The notes beneath the pieces were generated by a model. The model had not been told where the DNA came from and did no database searches. It saw only the letters and a program-made list of their open reading frames with translations. From Mayamaea pseudoterrestris (Eukaryota): 64,000 bases of DNA. The stretch lies in contig BROI01000020.1 in NCBI GenBank assembly GCA_027923505.1, positions 496,001 to 560,000 on the forward strand, given 5' to 3'. The stretch's first letter is position 1. Every line of letters begins with the position of its first letter. This document shows, in pieces, positions 39,330-51,307 of the stretch. Both the position numbers and the translations under genes were made by a program.

Positions 39330-42300
39330 TCAATCATACTTGGCTTGGATGCGCTGCACCATCTCTTGTAGTATTTCCTGGCCACGGTCCTCCCATTCCT
39401 TTCGATTTCGCGTGGCATAGTTCAAGTACTCGTCACTTGAAACACCAAAGACACCGCAATCCTTTAACTTTTTGGCGAGGGGAATGATGTAAAAGTCAAA
39501 AAATCCAATTTCGCCCTTGTACCAAGAAATGGAAGGATCCGTATCGGCGCGCCCTTCCTTCCATGCCTTGAAGCATTCTTCGTAAAACCGTTCATTCCAG
39601 CGCCGATACACATGCCAATGCTGCATGGTGTGTGCAATGTCACTGGCTTGGATCAAATGTTCAATGACAATGGTCGCCTTGCGGTTGCGAGAATCGTCCA
39701 AGTTTTCTTCCGAAACAACTTGCTCCGAGAATGCTCGTTTCCACCTTGCATCACGTAACGCCTTGAGATCCTTGTCCATAATGTCCGTTGCCATGACGCT
39801 ATTAACAATCATTTGACGGAAACGCATCAAGCCATCATGTGTGGTGTAAATTGTTTCTCGCAGATCGGCGTACGAGTCGTCCATAAGCAAATGCCACGCA
39901 AGATCCACAGAGTTCTGCTCGGCCATGCTCTTGCCCTTGTAGTAGGTTGCCAGTTGCGAGTCTTCCTTCAACAAGGTAGCGTTTGGGACGCCAGGATGAT
40001 CAACGTCGTGGATGAGAGCGCTCAAAACACACGCCAGCTGCGTTAACGGGTCACTCGTAATCCCGTATGTGTGGTCATGCAACGTTTCGTCACCGTTTGC
40101 CTGGAGATCCGAGGGAGCAACAATGCGAGAAAGCAGCTTGGTGACTGACATGGTAACATGGGATGCATGCTCAAAATTGTGAAAAGGGTTTTCGCGATAC
40201 ATGGCGGCAATGTTTGAAACGTAATCGTACAATTGATCAACCACGTTCGTCGGAAGCACGTATGCGTCCGCGTCTTGAAGCACATTTCCAAACATGGTGG
40301 TCGGAATGTCAATAATCTCCTTCACCTCATCAATCACGTTGCCTTCTCCAATCAACGTCTCATCCGCGTCGGCCTTGCGGTTCGGGTTCCTCTTTTGCAA
40401 AATTTTACGGCGAACAACAACCTGTTTGAGCAAGCGAATTAACACTTCGCAGTTCCATTCAATAAGACGAGTGGTCTTTGAAGCCGTCACTTGAAGCGCC
40501 TTGTCCTTTTTCTTTTCTTGTTTCTCTTGCTGCTGCGAGTGTGAGACACTCGTCATGGAAACGTCATCCATTCCAGTAGTCGAGCAGTTATCCGATCCAC
40601 TGACAACCGTACCAGCATCCGATGCGCCAATGGTAAGCCAGTATGTTCGGAGCTCACCCTTGCCCTTGGCAACAACCGTGTCGATGCGAGGGGTTATCCA
40701 CTGGGTCTTGCCAGCACCAATAAGCAAGTCGACCGTCTCTTGCGAAAGATGTATTTTGCCCTTGACGCCCGACTGTTCCATTCTCGCCGCGGTGTTCTGC
40801 CAGAGAAAGTTGTGTGAGCTTTAATAAAAGAGGAGCACACGCAGGCGCCAAATTGGCCACACAACCACAGTGTTTCTTACCATTGTATCACCAAAAAGTT
40901 GGAACCGGGATCGTTCGCCACGAAGAACACCTCCCGTCACTTGTCCAGAGTAAATACCGACGCGCAAATCAAGCTCCGCCGTATCCGGACCCAGCTTCGT
41001 CTCCAACTGCCGCGACAGCTTGTGGAACGACCTCAAGCAATCCTTGGCAAACCGACACATGGTAACAGCGTGATCCTTTTGCGGCTCGGGAACACCAGTG
41101 ACTGCCACGTAGCAGTCGCCAACAGTTTCCACCTTGTAGACCCGCCGACGCTTGGCGGCCTCGTCAAATGCATTAAACATGGTCTCCAACAAGGTAAAGA
41201 CTTGAGCAGGCTCACGCTGGGAGCTCCATGCAGTAAAACCCGCAATGTCAGCAAAGAGAATGGATGTTTCGGGAAACAAGTCGGCAATGGGCTTGCTCGC
41301 CAAGTCCAAGTTATGATGTCCCTCATTGGCAAAGAATCCAGCCAAATTGTTCATCTCCATTGCAGCCTTGGTATTGGAATTGCCCCCGCCGCCTTTCTTG
41401 GCGTCCTTGTTGTCTTTGGCGTTTGTCATGAGACGGTCCTTGACATGCGATGGAAAGAGCGACGACAAGATTTTGTCCGCCTTCATGGCACTGCGCGAAA
41501 CCTCCTGGTTGTGACGAGAAAGAACATGATCGTACAAGAAGAATGCCAAGACAAACATGATGAATATGAATGCCATGATGAATGTGACAGTGTATGGAAG
41601 TTTCGACATGTGCAAGTCGTAAAAGTCGTCGGACGAGTAAACCGTCAACGTGTAGCCGCACGTAAAATTGCTCGCGTCGGAAGCGTCATGATTATCAAAC
41701 TTTGTTAGAGGAATTTTCGACTCCGTCGAAGCGTAGGCATCATCGTGCCAGTCACCTTTGCCCAAGTACGTTGCCGTGGCATTTTCGTGCATCAAAAAGG
41801 TAAACTGCTCACCGCACGTGTTGGAAAGTATTGCGACAATGCCAGCCAATGGCTCGTTCACCAGCGTCGTCCACGGCACCACCACTTGCACCAAGCCAGC
41901 CACTTGGTTCGAATCGACGACCGGACAAACCAGCAAACTTGTTGGCGGCGCCGTGACATTACTAGCCGTCTTGTTGCCATGATGCGGCGCCACGCCGAGC
42001 GCCTCCAAGAATGCACCTCCCAGCGTTTCGCTGAACAATGGAACTGTAGTTGATGAACATGAAGCGAAAGCAAAAACTGTGAGTCACTCGTTTTATCAAA
42101 CTTTCGGGTGCCACACATTTACATAGTAATACAATCATACCTTGCGCAATGTTGACATGTCGTGTTACTTCCGTCATGCCCTTGACGCCATACAGATTGA
42201 AATTCACCAAATTTTGCAGCTCTGGACTCGACTGCCACACTGGCGCCATTGGCAGACTGGTCGCTTCCGTTGGCGCCAGCAAGTCATTGTAGGGAGCTGG

Positions 42301-43010
42301 CGCCACGTTGCTGCTACCAGACGATGCAACGTAGTTGTTCCATTCCTGCAGCTGCGTCTGCGACTTGACTAGCGGCGACCACATGGCCAATGGACTATTG
42401 ACGGACATTCGCGCCAGTGACGCTTGCTCGTCAAAGGTGGTTAGCGTCACGGTGGGGAATCCAGTGCCTTGCGCCGCAATGGTGGCCAAGCTGTCCGACA
42501 AAGTTTGCGTGCTGGTCAGCAGCGTCGTCATGGTGGCGTTGGACGAGAGTTCAAGAGTCTGCACGGCGGCGAAATACTGTGAATTGAAAATAGAAGATGA
42601 ATACAAATGAGATGTTTGCGACATGGATCGACATATTCTGCGACGCATTGATTCACTCGCATCAATCATCCACCATTTTACTTTTACGACACAACACGTA
42701 CCGACGATTGATACGTCTCCTTGGCCACCTTGGTCAAGCTAACGAACGTAATGGCCGAAATAATGACACCCGCCAGAAAAATCCCCATGAAGACAAAGGT
42801 TCGTCCGCAGGCAATCCACATTGGCGCGTCGTGATCCGAATCGGACTTGTCGTGAGTTTCCATGGCGGCGGCGGCAAAGGTGCTCGAGTCTTCGTCGGCC
42901 TGCGTCGAGTCGAGGAGTTCGTCGTCAATGTCCGAGTCGCTGAGGACGCTCGACTCGTCCGAGGCGCTGTAGGAAGTGTCCTTCAAAGGCATGCCATCGG
43001 AGCGGCACAT
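39330..43010 (-). CDS. Receptor-type bifunctional cyclase-phosphodiesterase, copy E (divergent); exons 43010-42702, 42576-42141, 42043-40881, 40796-39330
   Basis: TM1, shorter CHASE-like region (MWSPLV, APVWQSSP, ILSNTCG, GDWHD), TM2, SILFADIAGFT, KVETVGDCY, LFGDTMNTAAR, HNFEHA, HDVDHPG, ASDIAH. Confidence 0.9.
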
Positions 43011-44045
43011 GATGATATGTTGGAGAATGTTCTTGTAAAGAATGAATGAGTAATGCAGTTTCTTGAGACTTGAAGCTTTTGGAGTCGAGCGGGGGAGGGA
43101 AATGTTTGACAGATGAAAGACTTTTTGCGTGTCTGTAAAAGTTTAACTTGATGTTGGTATGATTCCAAACAAATGGAGCGAAGGAAGGAAGGAGAGGCAC
43201 GCAAGGATGGGCCGTCGCTGCCAATGGCTGAATATTGGCTGACGTTTGCGAGTTTCCTATAGCCTGACGTATACATGTGTGACACAATGACCGCTGGCAA
43301 TGGTCCGAGTCTTCGTTAGTGAGTATTGCCTTGTCACGCTTGTGACTGTTTTGATACTTATGTAACTTATTGTTTTGGTCGTGTCAAATGTGTTTGTGAC
43401 TCTTGAATGACCGGCATGTGCGTGGGCGATAGAATGGGCCATGACGAACGATTGACCCAACGAGGCTGTTGAGGTCGTCATTTTCGCAACGAACGCCAAT
43501 CAAGCAACGACTGGACAAGTGGACGAACGTGTATTCTCAGTCGACAGCTTGCCAGTCGTAGAAATCTACGACTATCACATAAGTGCCGCCAATGCCGCCG
43601 CTAAGCAATACTGCATACTCCAGTAACGTTATTGGAATACCTTACAATAGCTGATGAGGGTGAACAGAGGGACTGTCCATGCACAAAATTTAGCCAGGAA
43701 CTTGGAGTCACCAAACTCACATGAGAACATGAGGTGTTATGTGGGTTCGAGCTGCGCGCAGCGGCGGAGGAAGATTTTACAGGAGCGGCTTGAAATATGG
43801 AGCATCTTGCGTATCATGATTGCTGGCAGATACCATGCAATGGGAAAGAGAATTTCAATCGTTATAACAAGTCCTTGCGTGAACAGGTGCAATGCAAGTA
43901 GAAAACAAACCACAGCGCGGGAAGATCAAACTTACGTTCCGTTAGTACCAGTACGACATTGTTTGTTGCTTGGGCCGTCTACCATTGGATCCTTTCCTTC
44001 TCGCACTGCTGCCAGCTGCTGCTGCCGACACACACTTGCACCACC

Positions 44046-45392
44046 ATGACGACGACGACTGGCAACAAGGCTTCCTTGCTGGAAAGCATGGCCCTGGGAG
44101 GCTTGGCGGCATCCTTTGCCGTCAACTTTACGCATCCCATTGTATGTATGATATAGTAGGAAGGACTGTAGGATTCTTCCGAGAGAGACGACTAGGAAAA
44201 AGCGTTCGGATTTTGTCCCATTGCTTTGCTTTCACTGTATCTCGTTCACTGATGCTCACATTCAATTCTCCTTCAAAATCTATTATAGGAAACGGTCAAG
44301 ACTCGCATGCAGGTCAGTGGACTGGGAATTGCTGCAACGGCGGGGTGAGTGACACATGAGGGAAGGGCATTTGCTGCTATTGCATGGGCCATGTTATACT
44401 CACTATATGTATTTTCTTCATCATGTATAACTACAACTACTACATTCAACAGCGGCTTGCTTCGCAACGAAGGCATACTAGCCTTTTGGAAGGGCCTGGC
44501 CTTTGCCTACGGCCGCGAGCTGTCGTACACATCGGTCAAGCTTGGCGCCTACGCGCCCGTGCGCGACGCCTTGGGCGCCGGAGGCGAGGCGCCGTTTTAT
44601 CTCAAGTTTGTCGCCGGCGCCATTACCGGAGGCGTCGGTAGTGCCATTGGTAATCCGTTTGACGTGTGAGTCAGAAAAATGAATGATGAGGGAAAAGGAA
44701 GGGTTGCTCTCGCGTCTGTCGGCATTCTGCTCACTCTGCACTCGTTCCACCATCTACCTCCTACTTCCATTTTTCATATATATACAGCATGAAGACGCTC
44801 GCGCAAACCAACAAGGACAAGGCGGCGCCACTCACGACGCTGGTCAAAAACATGTACAAAAACCAAGGCTTGGTGGGCTTTTACCGCGGCGTCGAGGCCA
44901 ACATTATGCGGGCCTGTGTTTTGAATGCCACCAAGATGGGATTCTATGATGTCACCAAGGGATATGTTGTGGATTATAGTATGTATATATACAGATGGAG
45001 AGAAATGGAGAGCGTATGCCTCGTGTGAATTGCATTATTGTTGAGCCATGCTCATTCAAATTCTCACATTACATCCTTCTCACTTTATTACAGCCGGCTG
45101 GAACCGCAAGGACGTGAAAACCTCCTTCGTCGCCGCCTTTGTCGCTGGCTTCTTCATGACCTGCACCGTGTCTCCCTTTGACCGCCTCCGTACCAACTTG
45201 ATGAACCAGCCGCCAGGCGAACAAATCTACAGTGGTTTCTTTGATTGCGCCTCGAAAACGATTCGCAACGACGGCTTTCTAAGTTTGTGGCGAGGCTTTG
45301 TGCCCATTTGGGCGCGGTTCGCTCCGCAAGCGACGTTGCAACTGTTGACGATTGAGCAATTGTACAAGTTTTTTGGGTTTGCGAGTATTTAA
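44046..45392 (+). CDS. Mitochondrial carrier (SLC25; oxoglutarate/dicarboxylate/UCP-like); exons 44046-44141, 44289-44344, 44453-44665, 44788-44978, 45094-45392
   Basis: Three Px(D/E)xx(K/R) signatures ([24 protein letters not shown]), [34 protein letters not shown]. Confidence 0.9.
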
Positions 45393-45838
45393 AATATAAT
45401 GGCGATGGAAATGACGGACTACGAGCGACTTCGGTGTGTTTGGTAAACGAGTCACCAGCTGCGACGAGCTGGTCATCACTTGCGATAGTTAACTACGCAG
45501 CTGTAGCAATAATGAAGCAGTAAGCTACAGTGGGCAGTTTTGTCATGCAGTAGCGAATATTTTCTGTATGATGCATCTTCTTTTAATAGACGTTTCTTGT
45601 TGAAGGGCACTGATTGCCCGACGTTTCGCAACGAGTTGTTGAAACGAATACGATGCTAAATAGAAGCTAAAATCGTTTCATAAACGTGTACCTATCGTAT
45701 GTCTTAATCTTGACTGTGTGTATCCTCTCGAAGTATAATGTAATCATGTATGCGACGCTTTCCCTTTGCGTCGTCTCGGGCTCCACCTCCAAAAAGGCTT
45801 CCAAGCGTCACCAGCTTTTTTGCCTCTCCACAACAAAC

Positions 45839-47410
45839 CTACTGCACTCGCTCCGCCGCTGGCGAATGCATCATCATTAGATTGTCCGTCGGATCCATTT
45901 TGCTGGCGCGTTCCGTCGGTGCACTCGTAGTAGCACTAGTAGCAGCTGTCGCCCCGTTTCGCTCCATGACGTGCGGCACACCATACTGCAAAAACCATCC
46001 AATCGTTGCACTCGGCAAAATATCGGTAAATGGCAGTAGCTCCTCGAAAAACGAAACATACTTTAGATTAGGTGACGTGGCATCGTACATGGCCATGATT
46101 AATAACGTCTGCAGCGGCGCCCAAACGACATCGGACACTTCTCCCACCAGCGGAATCAAATACGAAGCGTTGCCGAGTCCGTCAATCGCCACACTCAACA
46201 CCAGCTTGCTCCACTTACTGGACGGCACGATTAGATCGCGCGTCACTTGCAGCGGCGATGGGCGGACGCCAGTGGGATAGAGCATGGCTTGGCCCGTGGG
46301 TGATTCCACTAGTTTGGTGGCGAGTGAAGTAAAGTGCCACTGCTGCGCCAGCTTGTGCAGCGCAACACGTCCACTGGGACTGCTGGCGTATAAAATGCAA
46401 AACGCTAAAACTGCTACAGCTCCCAGGGCTGCGCCAATAATGGCGAGCGGCACGATCATGGGAACACTGACAATCAGCGCCGGCAAGATGACCATTGTCA
46501 AGAATGCAAAAACAATGGGAATGGCCGCCACCAACGTCAACATGAGCGACATTGGATGCATGCTCCTCAAGTAGCTCGTCGTGTGACTCATCTTGCCCAT
46601 GATGTTGTTGCGCACTGCCAGCGTCTCGCGCTCCAGTTTCTCCACCATGCTGCACCAAGAGTGCCAGAGTTGCACCAAGACTTGCACCTCGCGGCGGTAT
46701 GGGGAACTTAACGTCAACTGCAGACGCACCGTGGGTGGGGAGGGGAGAGCGGCCAGTGTCGAAGAAGCTGGTGTAGTTGTACTAGGTGTAGGAGGCGGTG
46801 TTGTCGTCGTAGTCTCACTCTTCGTTTTACTCGGTTCTGTATCACGCATGTGCGGCGCCTCCTGCGACTGCGCCTTGCGCAAGGTCTTTGTTGTAATGGT
46901 TCCACTCTTGCTGCCACTTCGCTCCACACTTTCACTCAGACTGAGCATGAACCACGTCGGGCGATTAATGATCAATTGTTGAACGGGCAACTGGCAGTGC
47001 AGTTCCTGCGAAGAATCTTCATACAGCACCTTTAGCACCAAATCTTGGTGATAAATTTCACTCAGCTTGGATGCTCCCAACGTCAACGACTCGCTCGACG
47101 AAAACTTGAACGAATTGAAGTTGCGGTGCCGCTGCACGGGCGGTCCCGTCGTGGCGGATGAAACGCTTATGTCGCTTGTAGTAGTCGTGTCTTTATCCTT
47201 GCCTCTACTTTTGCGAATACTCAAATGAATGCCGAGCGGCGGCTCGCGCTGAAACAAGTCAAAGGCCGACACAATCGTGGCCGTCAGCGTTGCTCCCTGC
47301 TGCGACTTGGACGTATTATTATTGGTACTCTTGGACGTGGCGAGCGACGAGGAGGTAGCCGCCATGGTGCTGGCCGGCGTGGGAGTGGGAGTCATGGGGG
47401 GAGTCGACAT
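45839..47410 (-). CDS. Hypothetical membrane protein: C2-like N-terminal beta region, long hydrophobic hairpin, conserved-looking C-terminal membrane domain
   Basis: Intronless ORF with a ~55-residue uninterrupted hydrophobic stretch and C-terminal IDGLGNASYLIPLVGEVSDVVWAPL...FFEELLPFTDILPSATIGW. Confidence 0.7.
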   Translation of the reverse strand: MSTPPMTPTPTPASTMAATSSSLATSKSTNNNTSKSQQGATLTATIVSAFDLFQREPPLGIHLSIRKSRGKDKDTTTTSDISVSSATTGPPVQRHRNFNSFKFSSSESLTLGASKLSEIYHQDLVLKVLYEDSSQELHCQLPVQQLIINRPTWFMLSLSESVERSGSKSGTITTKTLRKAQSQEAPHMRDTEPSKTKSETTTTTPPPTPSTTTPASSTLAALPSPPTVRLQLTLSSPYRREVQVLVQLWHSWCSMVEKLERETLAVRNNIMGKMSHTTSYLRSMHPMSLMLTLVAAIPIVFAFLTMVILPALIVSVPMIVPLAIIGAALGAVAVLAFCILYASSPSGRVALHKLAQQWHFTSLATKLVESPTGQAMLYPTGVRPSPLQVTRDLIVPSSKWSKLVLSVAIDGLGNASYLIPLVGEVSDVVWAPLQTLLIMAMYDATSPNLKYVSFFEELLPFTDILPSATIGWFLQYGVPHVMERNGATAATSATTSAPTERASKMDPTDNLMMMHSPAAERVQ

Positions 47411-47732
47411 GATGAATGATAGAATGATTGTAGTAATTGCTGTTTCTTGCTTCAACCTTGATGAATCTTTCCCTCTCTATACCTGAAAGCTTTGCAAGAG
47501 ACGTGTTCGCAGGTTTTCCGGCAAGCAAACATGCGAGCATGCGAAAAAGAGACGTTTCGAACGAAGCGGCGACGTCGACGATTACGAGGATGACGTGGCA
47601 ATACCAGTGTGACGCGTGCGAGGTATTGGTACGACAAGCAGTCACAGTAAGACACTTTCATTTCACATTATTTGAAGTGCAACACCATTCAACGCAAACA
47701 TTCCTTTGTTCTTTCATCTCGCAACTGCCATA

Positions 47733-49562
47733 ATGGGCCGACGAAAGCATCCAAGAGCTGTCAACGACTGTAGCAGTGATCAGCAGCCGCAATATGCAGT
47801 AGCTGCTAGCGTATCGACAAAGGTAGTCAAGAGGAAGCACAAGAAGAAGCAAAAGAAGTGGCATCCGCGCGCGACGTGGATGGAGCAAGTCATTGATAAA
47901 AACAATACCAATGATCAGCAGCCGCTTGTAATACTACTTAATAATAATGATGATGTAGCAGCTGATGCTGCCGATGACGAGTTCCATAAAACGCTCCGCG
48001 GAGCCGCACCAGTCAGTGTCAGTGAGCAGCAGCAGCTGACGATTATCATGACGCGCGTCTTGCTTGAGGATGACTTTTGGAAACAAACGCAGACGACGAC
48101 TGCAAATAGCAACGCGGAACTGGCGGACAATGCCAAAAAGACGGACGACGCAACTAGGACAGACGGAAAGAATGACAAACAAGAAGCTGTCGATGATGAC
48201 GGAACTGCAGATGCCAATGAGGAAGGATTGACTGCTGCTGCTGCAGCAATAGTCATGAATCCAACAGTCGACTCGCTCCAAGTAGCGTCGACAGATGCTG
48301 CAGCCTCACAAAACAATGACAACCATTCAATACCATCACTGTCATTCTGCAAACTAGTCATTCGCAACCATTTTTCCTGCTCGATCGCTCCTCCATACAT
48401 GCCCAAGCACGTGAAACTACTGCCACACGGAGACAATGGCGACGGCCTATTGAATCCACACTCGAACATTTCCAACAAGTTTTGGGCCCAGCGGCATCGA
48501 CTATTTAGCAAGTTTAGTAGTGGAATTCGACTGGATGAGGCCGAGGCCTGGTACAGTGTCACGCCGGAAGCGATTGCACATCATGTGGCGCGGAAAATGC
48601 TGCTGGGTGACTCTTGCATGCACGACGACGAGCGAGAGGCGGCTGCTGCTGCTGCCGCCGCTGCAATGACTGGAAACGGTCGTGGCTGCAATGCATCTCT
48701 TTCAACGAGTCATGACGACGTTACTAAACCAACCATTAAAACGACACTCAGTCATCGCCCATTTATTATCTTGGACGCCTTTTGCGGCTGGGGCGGCAAC
48801 GCCATTGCCTTTGGCCAACACGCCAACGTTTTGGTCATTGCCGTGGATTTGCACCAGAGCCGGCTCGAACAGGCGGCGCACAATGCCAAGATTTACAACG
48901 TGCCAGCCGAGCGACTACTCTTGGTGCATGCGAATGCGTTGCAAGTCATGGAGCGTTATCAAAATGGAAGGCGCATAACGACAAAGGTGAATGACGCTAC
49001 TTGTACAGCAAAAGATGCATCATCAGCAAATGCAGCAACAATCGACGGCTACCGCATTGGTGGACTGGAGCTGCTACCCGACTACATTGACGCTATTTTT
49101 CTGTCACCGCCGTGGGGAGGGCCGTCGTACCAAAAGACTAGCAGCAACTCGGACGACTCGTTTCCACTAAGTCGCATTCAGATTCAGAAACAGTTGCCTC
49201 CTACTCTGACGAACGAGCTTACCATTGACTCTGGATCAGATGACGGCGCACCCAAACAAATGGTTCGTGAAAGCACGGAAACGGAAGCATTTGTCAATGG
49301 CGCGGAATTGCTGGCCATGGCGCTTCGTGCATTGCCCATGAAAGATGCTACCGACAGCGACCACGACGAGTCAGCTTTAGCATCTAGTGACGCTCTTACT
49401 ATGACGCCAAAATATCGCTTGGCCTACTTTTTGCCGCGCAACATAAACGGGGTGAGCGTTGGTCGCGCCGCGTGGCAAGCTGGATTTAATGGCGAAAGTG
49501 TGGAACTGGAGCAGCAATACTTGCAGCACAAGTTCAAAACCGTCACGGCGTATTTGTCATAA
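47733..49562 (+). CDS. TGS1: Trimethylguanosine synthase (RNA cap hypermethylase)
   Basis: KFWAQRHRLFSKF..GIRLD..AWYSVTPEAIA, SAM motif ILDAFCGWGGNAIAF, IFLSPPWGGPSY and YFLPRN. Confidence 0.92.
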   Translation: MGRRKHPRAVNDCSSDQQPQYAVAASVSTKVVKRKHKKKQKKWHPRATWMEQVIDKNNTNDQQPLVILLNNNDDVAADAADDEFHKTLRGAAPVSVSEQQQLTIIMTRVLLEDDFWKQTQTTTANSNAELADNAKKTDDATRTDGKNDKQEAVDDDGTADANEEGLTAAAAAIVMNPTVDSLQVASTDAAASQNNDNHSIPSLSFCKLVIRNHFSCSIAPPYMPKHVKLLPHGDNGDGLLNPHSNISNKFWAQRHRLFSKFSSGIRLDEAEAWYSVTPEAIAHHVARKMLLGDSCMHDDEREAAAAAAAAAMTGNGRGCNASLSTSHDDVTKPTIKTTLSHRPFIILDAFCGWGGNAIAFGQHANVLVIAVDLHQSRLEQAAHNAKIYNVPAERLLLVHANALQVMERYQNGRRITTKVNDATCTAKDASSANAATIDGYRIGGLELLPDYIDAIFLSPPWGGPSYQKTSSNSDDSFPLSRIQIQKQLPPTLTNELTIDSGSDDGAPKQMVRESTETEAFVNGAELLAMALRALPMKDATDSDHDESALASSDALTMTPKYRLAYFLPRNINGVSVGRAAWQAGFNGESVELEQQYLQHKFKTVTAYLS

Positions 49563-49801
49563 TGCTTTCAAATTGTCACTGCGTACACTAATTTTTGTAG
49601 ATGCCATGCCATTGAATTAACGTAGTAATGGCAAGCTATGTACTCGTATGTATGTCGACACCAAGGAATGGAGTAGCTCGTCATACTTTGTGTGTCGCAC
49701 CGCGGTGTCGACAACGCTGCGACGCTTGATTTTCTCGGACATCGCGACAATTCAAACGACCATGAGGATGGCACGACAGTCATTGCTCCCATGATGTGAC
49801 T

Positions 49802-51064
49802 ATGCGTCTCACTAGACGACACAATTCAAGGAAAAGACGTTGTAAATGCTCCTTGACTTTATTGCTAGCGTTGATTGTCTGTCTAGCCATTCTACTGCTC
49901 TGCTTGCTGCTGCAATGGGTTCCACTCGAATCAATTGCTTCAATCACCGCGCAAATAATACAAACCAATGGTTTGAAGACTCATGATGGTTCTCCACCGG
50001 GCGTCTTTCTACTTGGCATGCATCGATCCGGAACGTCCGCCTTATGCCGACTCTTGACGCAATCCTTTGACCTTGTCCTTGACGATGCTGATGCAGCTGG
50101 TAGCGACAAACTCAACAATGTCAATTCAAGTACACTCATTGGAGGCCGCTTCGCCAACGCGCAGGGCTACTACGAACGCACCGACGTGGTGTGGCAAAAC
50201 AGTCATTGGCTCGAGCAACTCAACCTTTCGGCCTTTTCTCACGTCAAGCGATTGCAGCGAGAACTGTCAGTGCAACTGCAACTGCAACAACAAAAGGACT
50301 CGACATATTTGCCACTGGATGGAAATGGGACGCACGTGATAGACTTTTTGATGCGACAACAAGCAAGAATGATGCACAGCAAGGAGCAAGAGCCTTCTTT
50401 ATTGCAGCAGCGACAGCAGCCATGGCTCGTCAAGGATCCTCGTTTATCATTAACCCTTCCGCTGTGGCTCCATCACTGGCGAAAAGCCAACGCCAAGCAG
50501 CAAGACCCTCATTTTGCAGATCCAGCAATTATCATTCTGTATCGACATCCAGTCCAAGTAGCTTGGAGCTTGCACAACCGCGACAATTGCGACTACAATC
50601 GCGCCTTTGGCTTGTACGTCGTGTACCATCAGCTGGCGTTGCAAGATTCTGCGGCTAGTAAGTGTCGCATATTCGTCAGTAACCATGACTTGCGAACGCG
50701 GCCGCGTGAAACGTTGCGTTACATATCAAAGAAGCTACAAGAGTGCGACATGAACGTTGGTAGCGGAGGCATGGAAAAGGTCAAGTCGAACCTCTTTCCC
50801 TCTTACGCAGCAGCATCGCAACATGTAACACTGCAACGCGACCAACAGTTCCTTCCCGACTGCACGTTGGACTACAAGGACCGCGAGCGGCCACTCGATA
50901 TTCGTTGGAAGTTTTTAAACTTGACCATGTCTTCGTCGCAGCAAGTTTTGGACAAGAAGCGGGTTCGGCAAGCCATGCTGCTTTACTGCGACATACAGAG
51001 TGGACGGGCCATGCAAGACGATTATGTGAATGGAAACGAATGGAACATGCTGGAGCTGGCGTAG
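49802..51064 (+). CDS. Type II membrane sulfotransferase-family protein
   Basis: Basic N-terminus plus a single TM, 5'-PSB-like loop LLGMHRSGTS, N..GYYE, VKDPRL and 3'-PB-like YRHP..VAWSL. Confidence 0.8.
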   Translation: MRLTRRHNSRKRRCKCSLTLLLALIVCLAILLLCLLLQWVPLESIASITAQIIQTNGLKTHDGSPPGVFLLGMHRSGTSALCRLLTQSFDLVLDDADAAGSDKLNNVNSSTLIGGRFANAQGYYERTDVVWQNSHWLEQLNLSAFSHVKRLQRELSVQLQLQQQKDSTYLPLDGNGTHVIDFLMRQQARMMHSKEQEPSLLQQRQQPWLVKDPRLSLTLPLWLHHWRKANAKQQDPHFADPAIIILYRHPVQVAWSLHNRDNCDYNRAFGLYVVYHQLALQDSAASKCRIFVSNHDLRTRPRETLRYISKKLQECDMNVGSGGMEKVKSNLFPSYAAASQHVTLQRDQQFLPDCTLDYKDRERPLDIRWKFLNLTMSSSQQVLDKKRVRQAMLLYCDIQSGRAMQDDYVNGNEWNMLELA

Positions 51065-51307
51065 CAATGGAGACGGTGGTTGTGAAGCCGCTTGGTTAGC
51101 GCTCGGCAATGTTCAAACCTGGCAGTCTGGCCCATGAACTCTTCGGACCTTGCTGTATGCCGACGTGCAGATTGTGATGACGCGTACTGGCATACGAACT
51201 AGGCTACGACGATCGTAATTACTTAAATATATAGTGCTTCATTTCAGCATTCATAACTCTAAAATATTATATCCCCTTCCCTTTCCCTTCTATTTGTGTA
51301 TAGTGCG

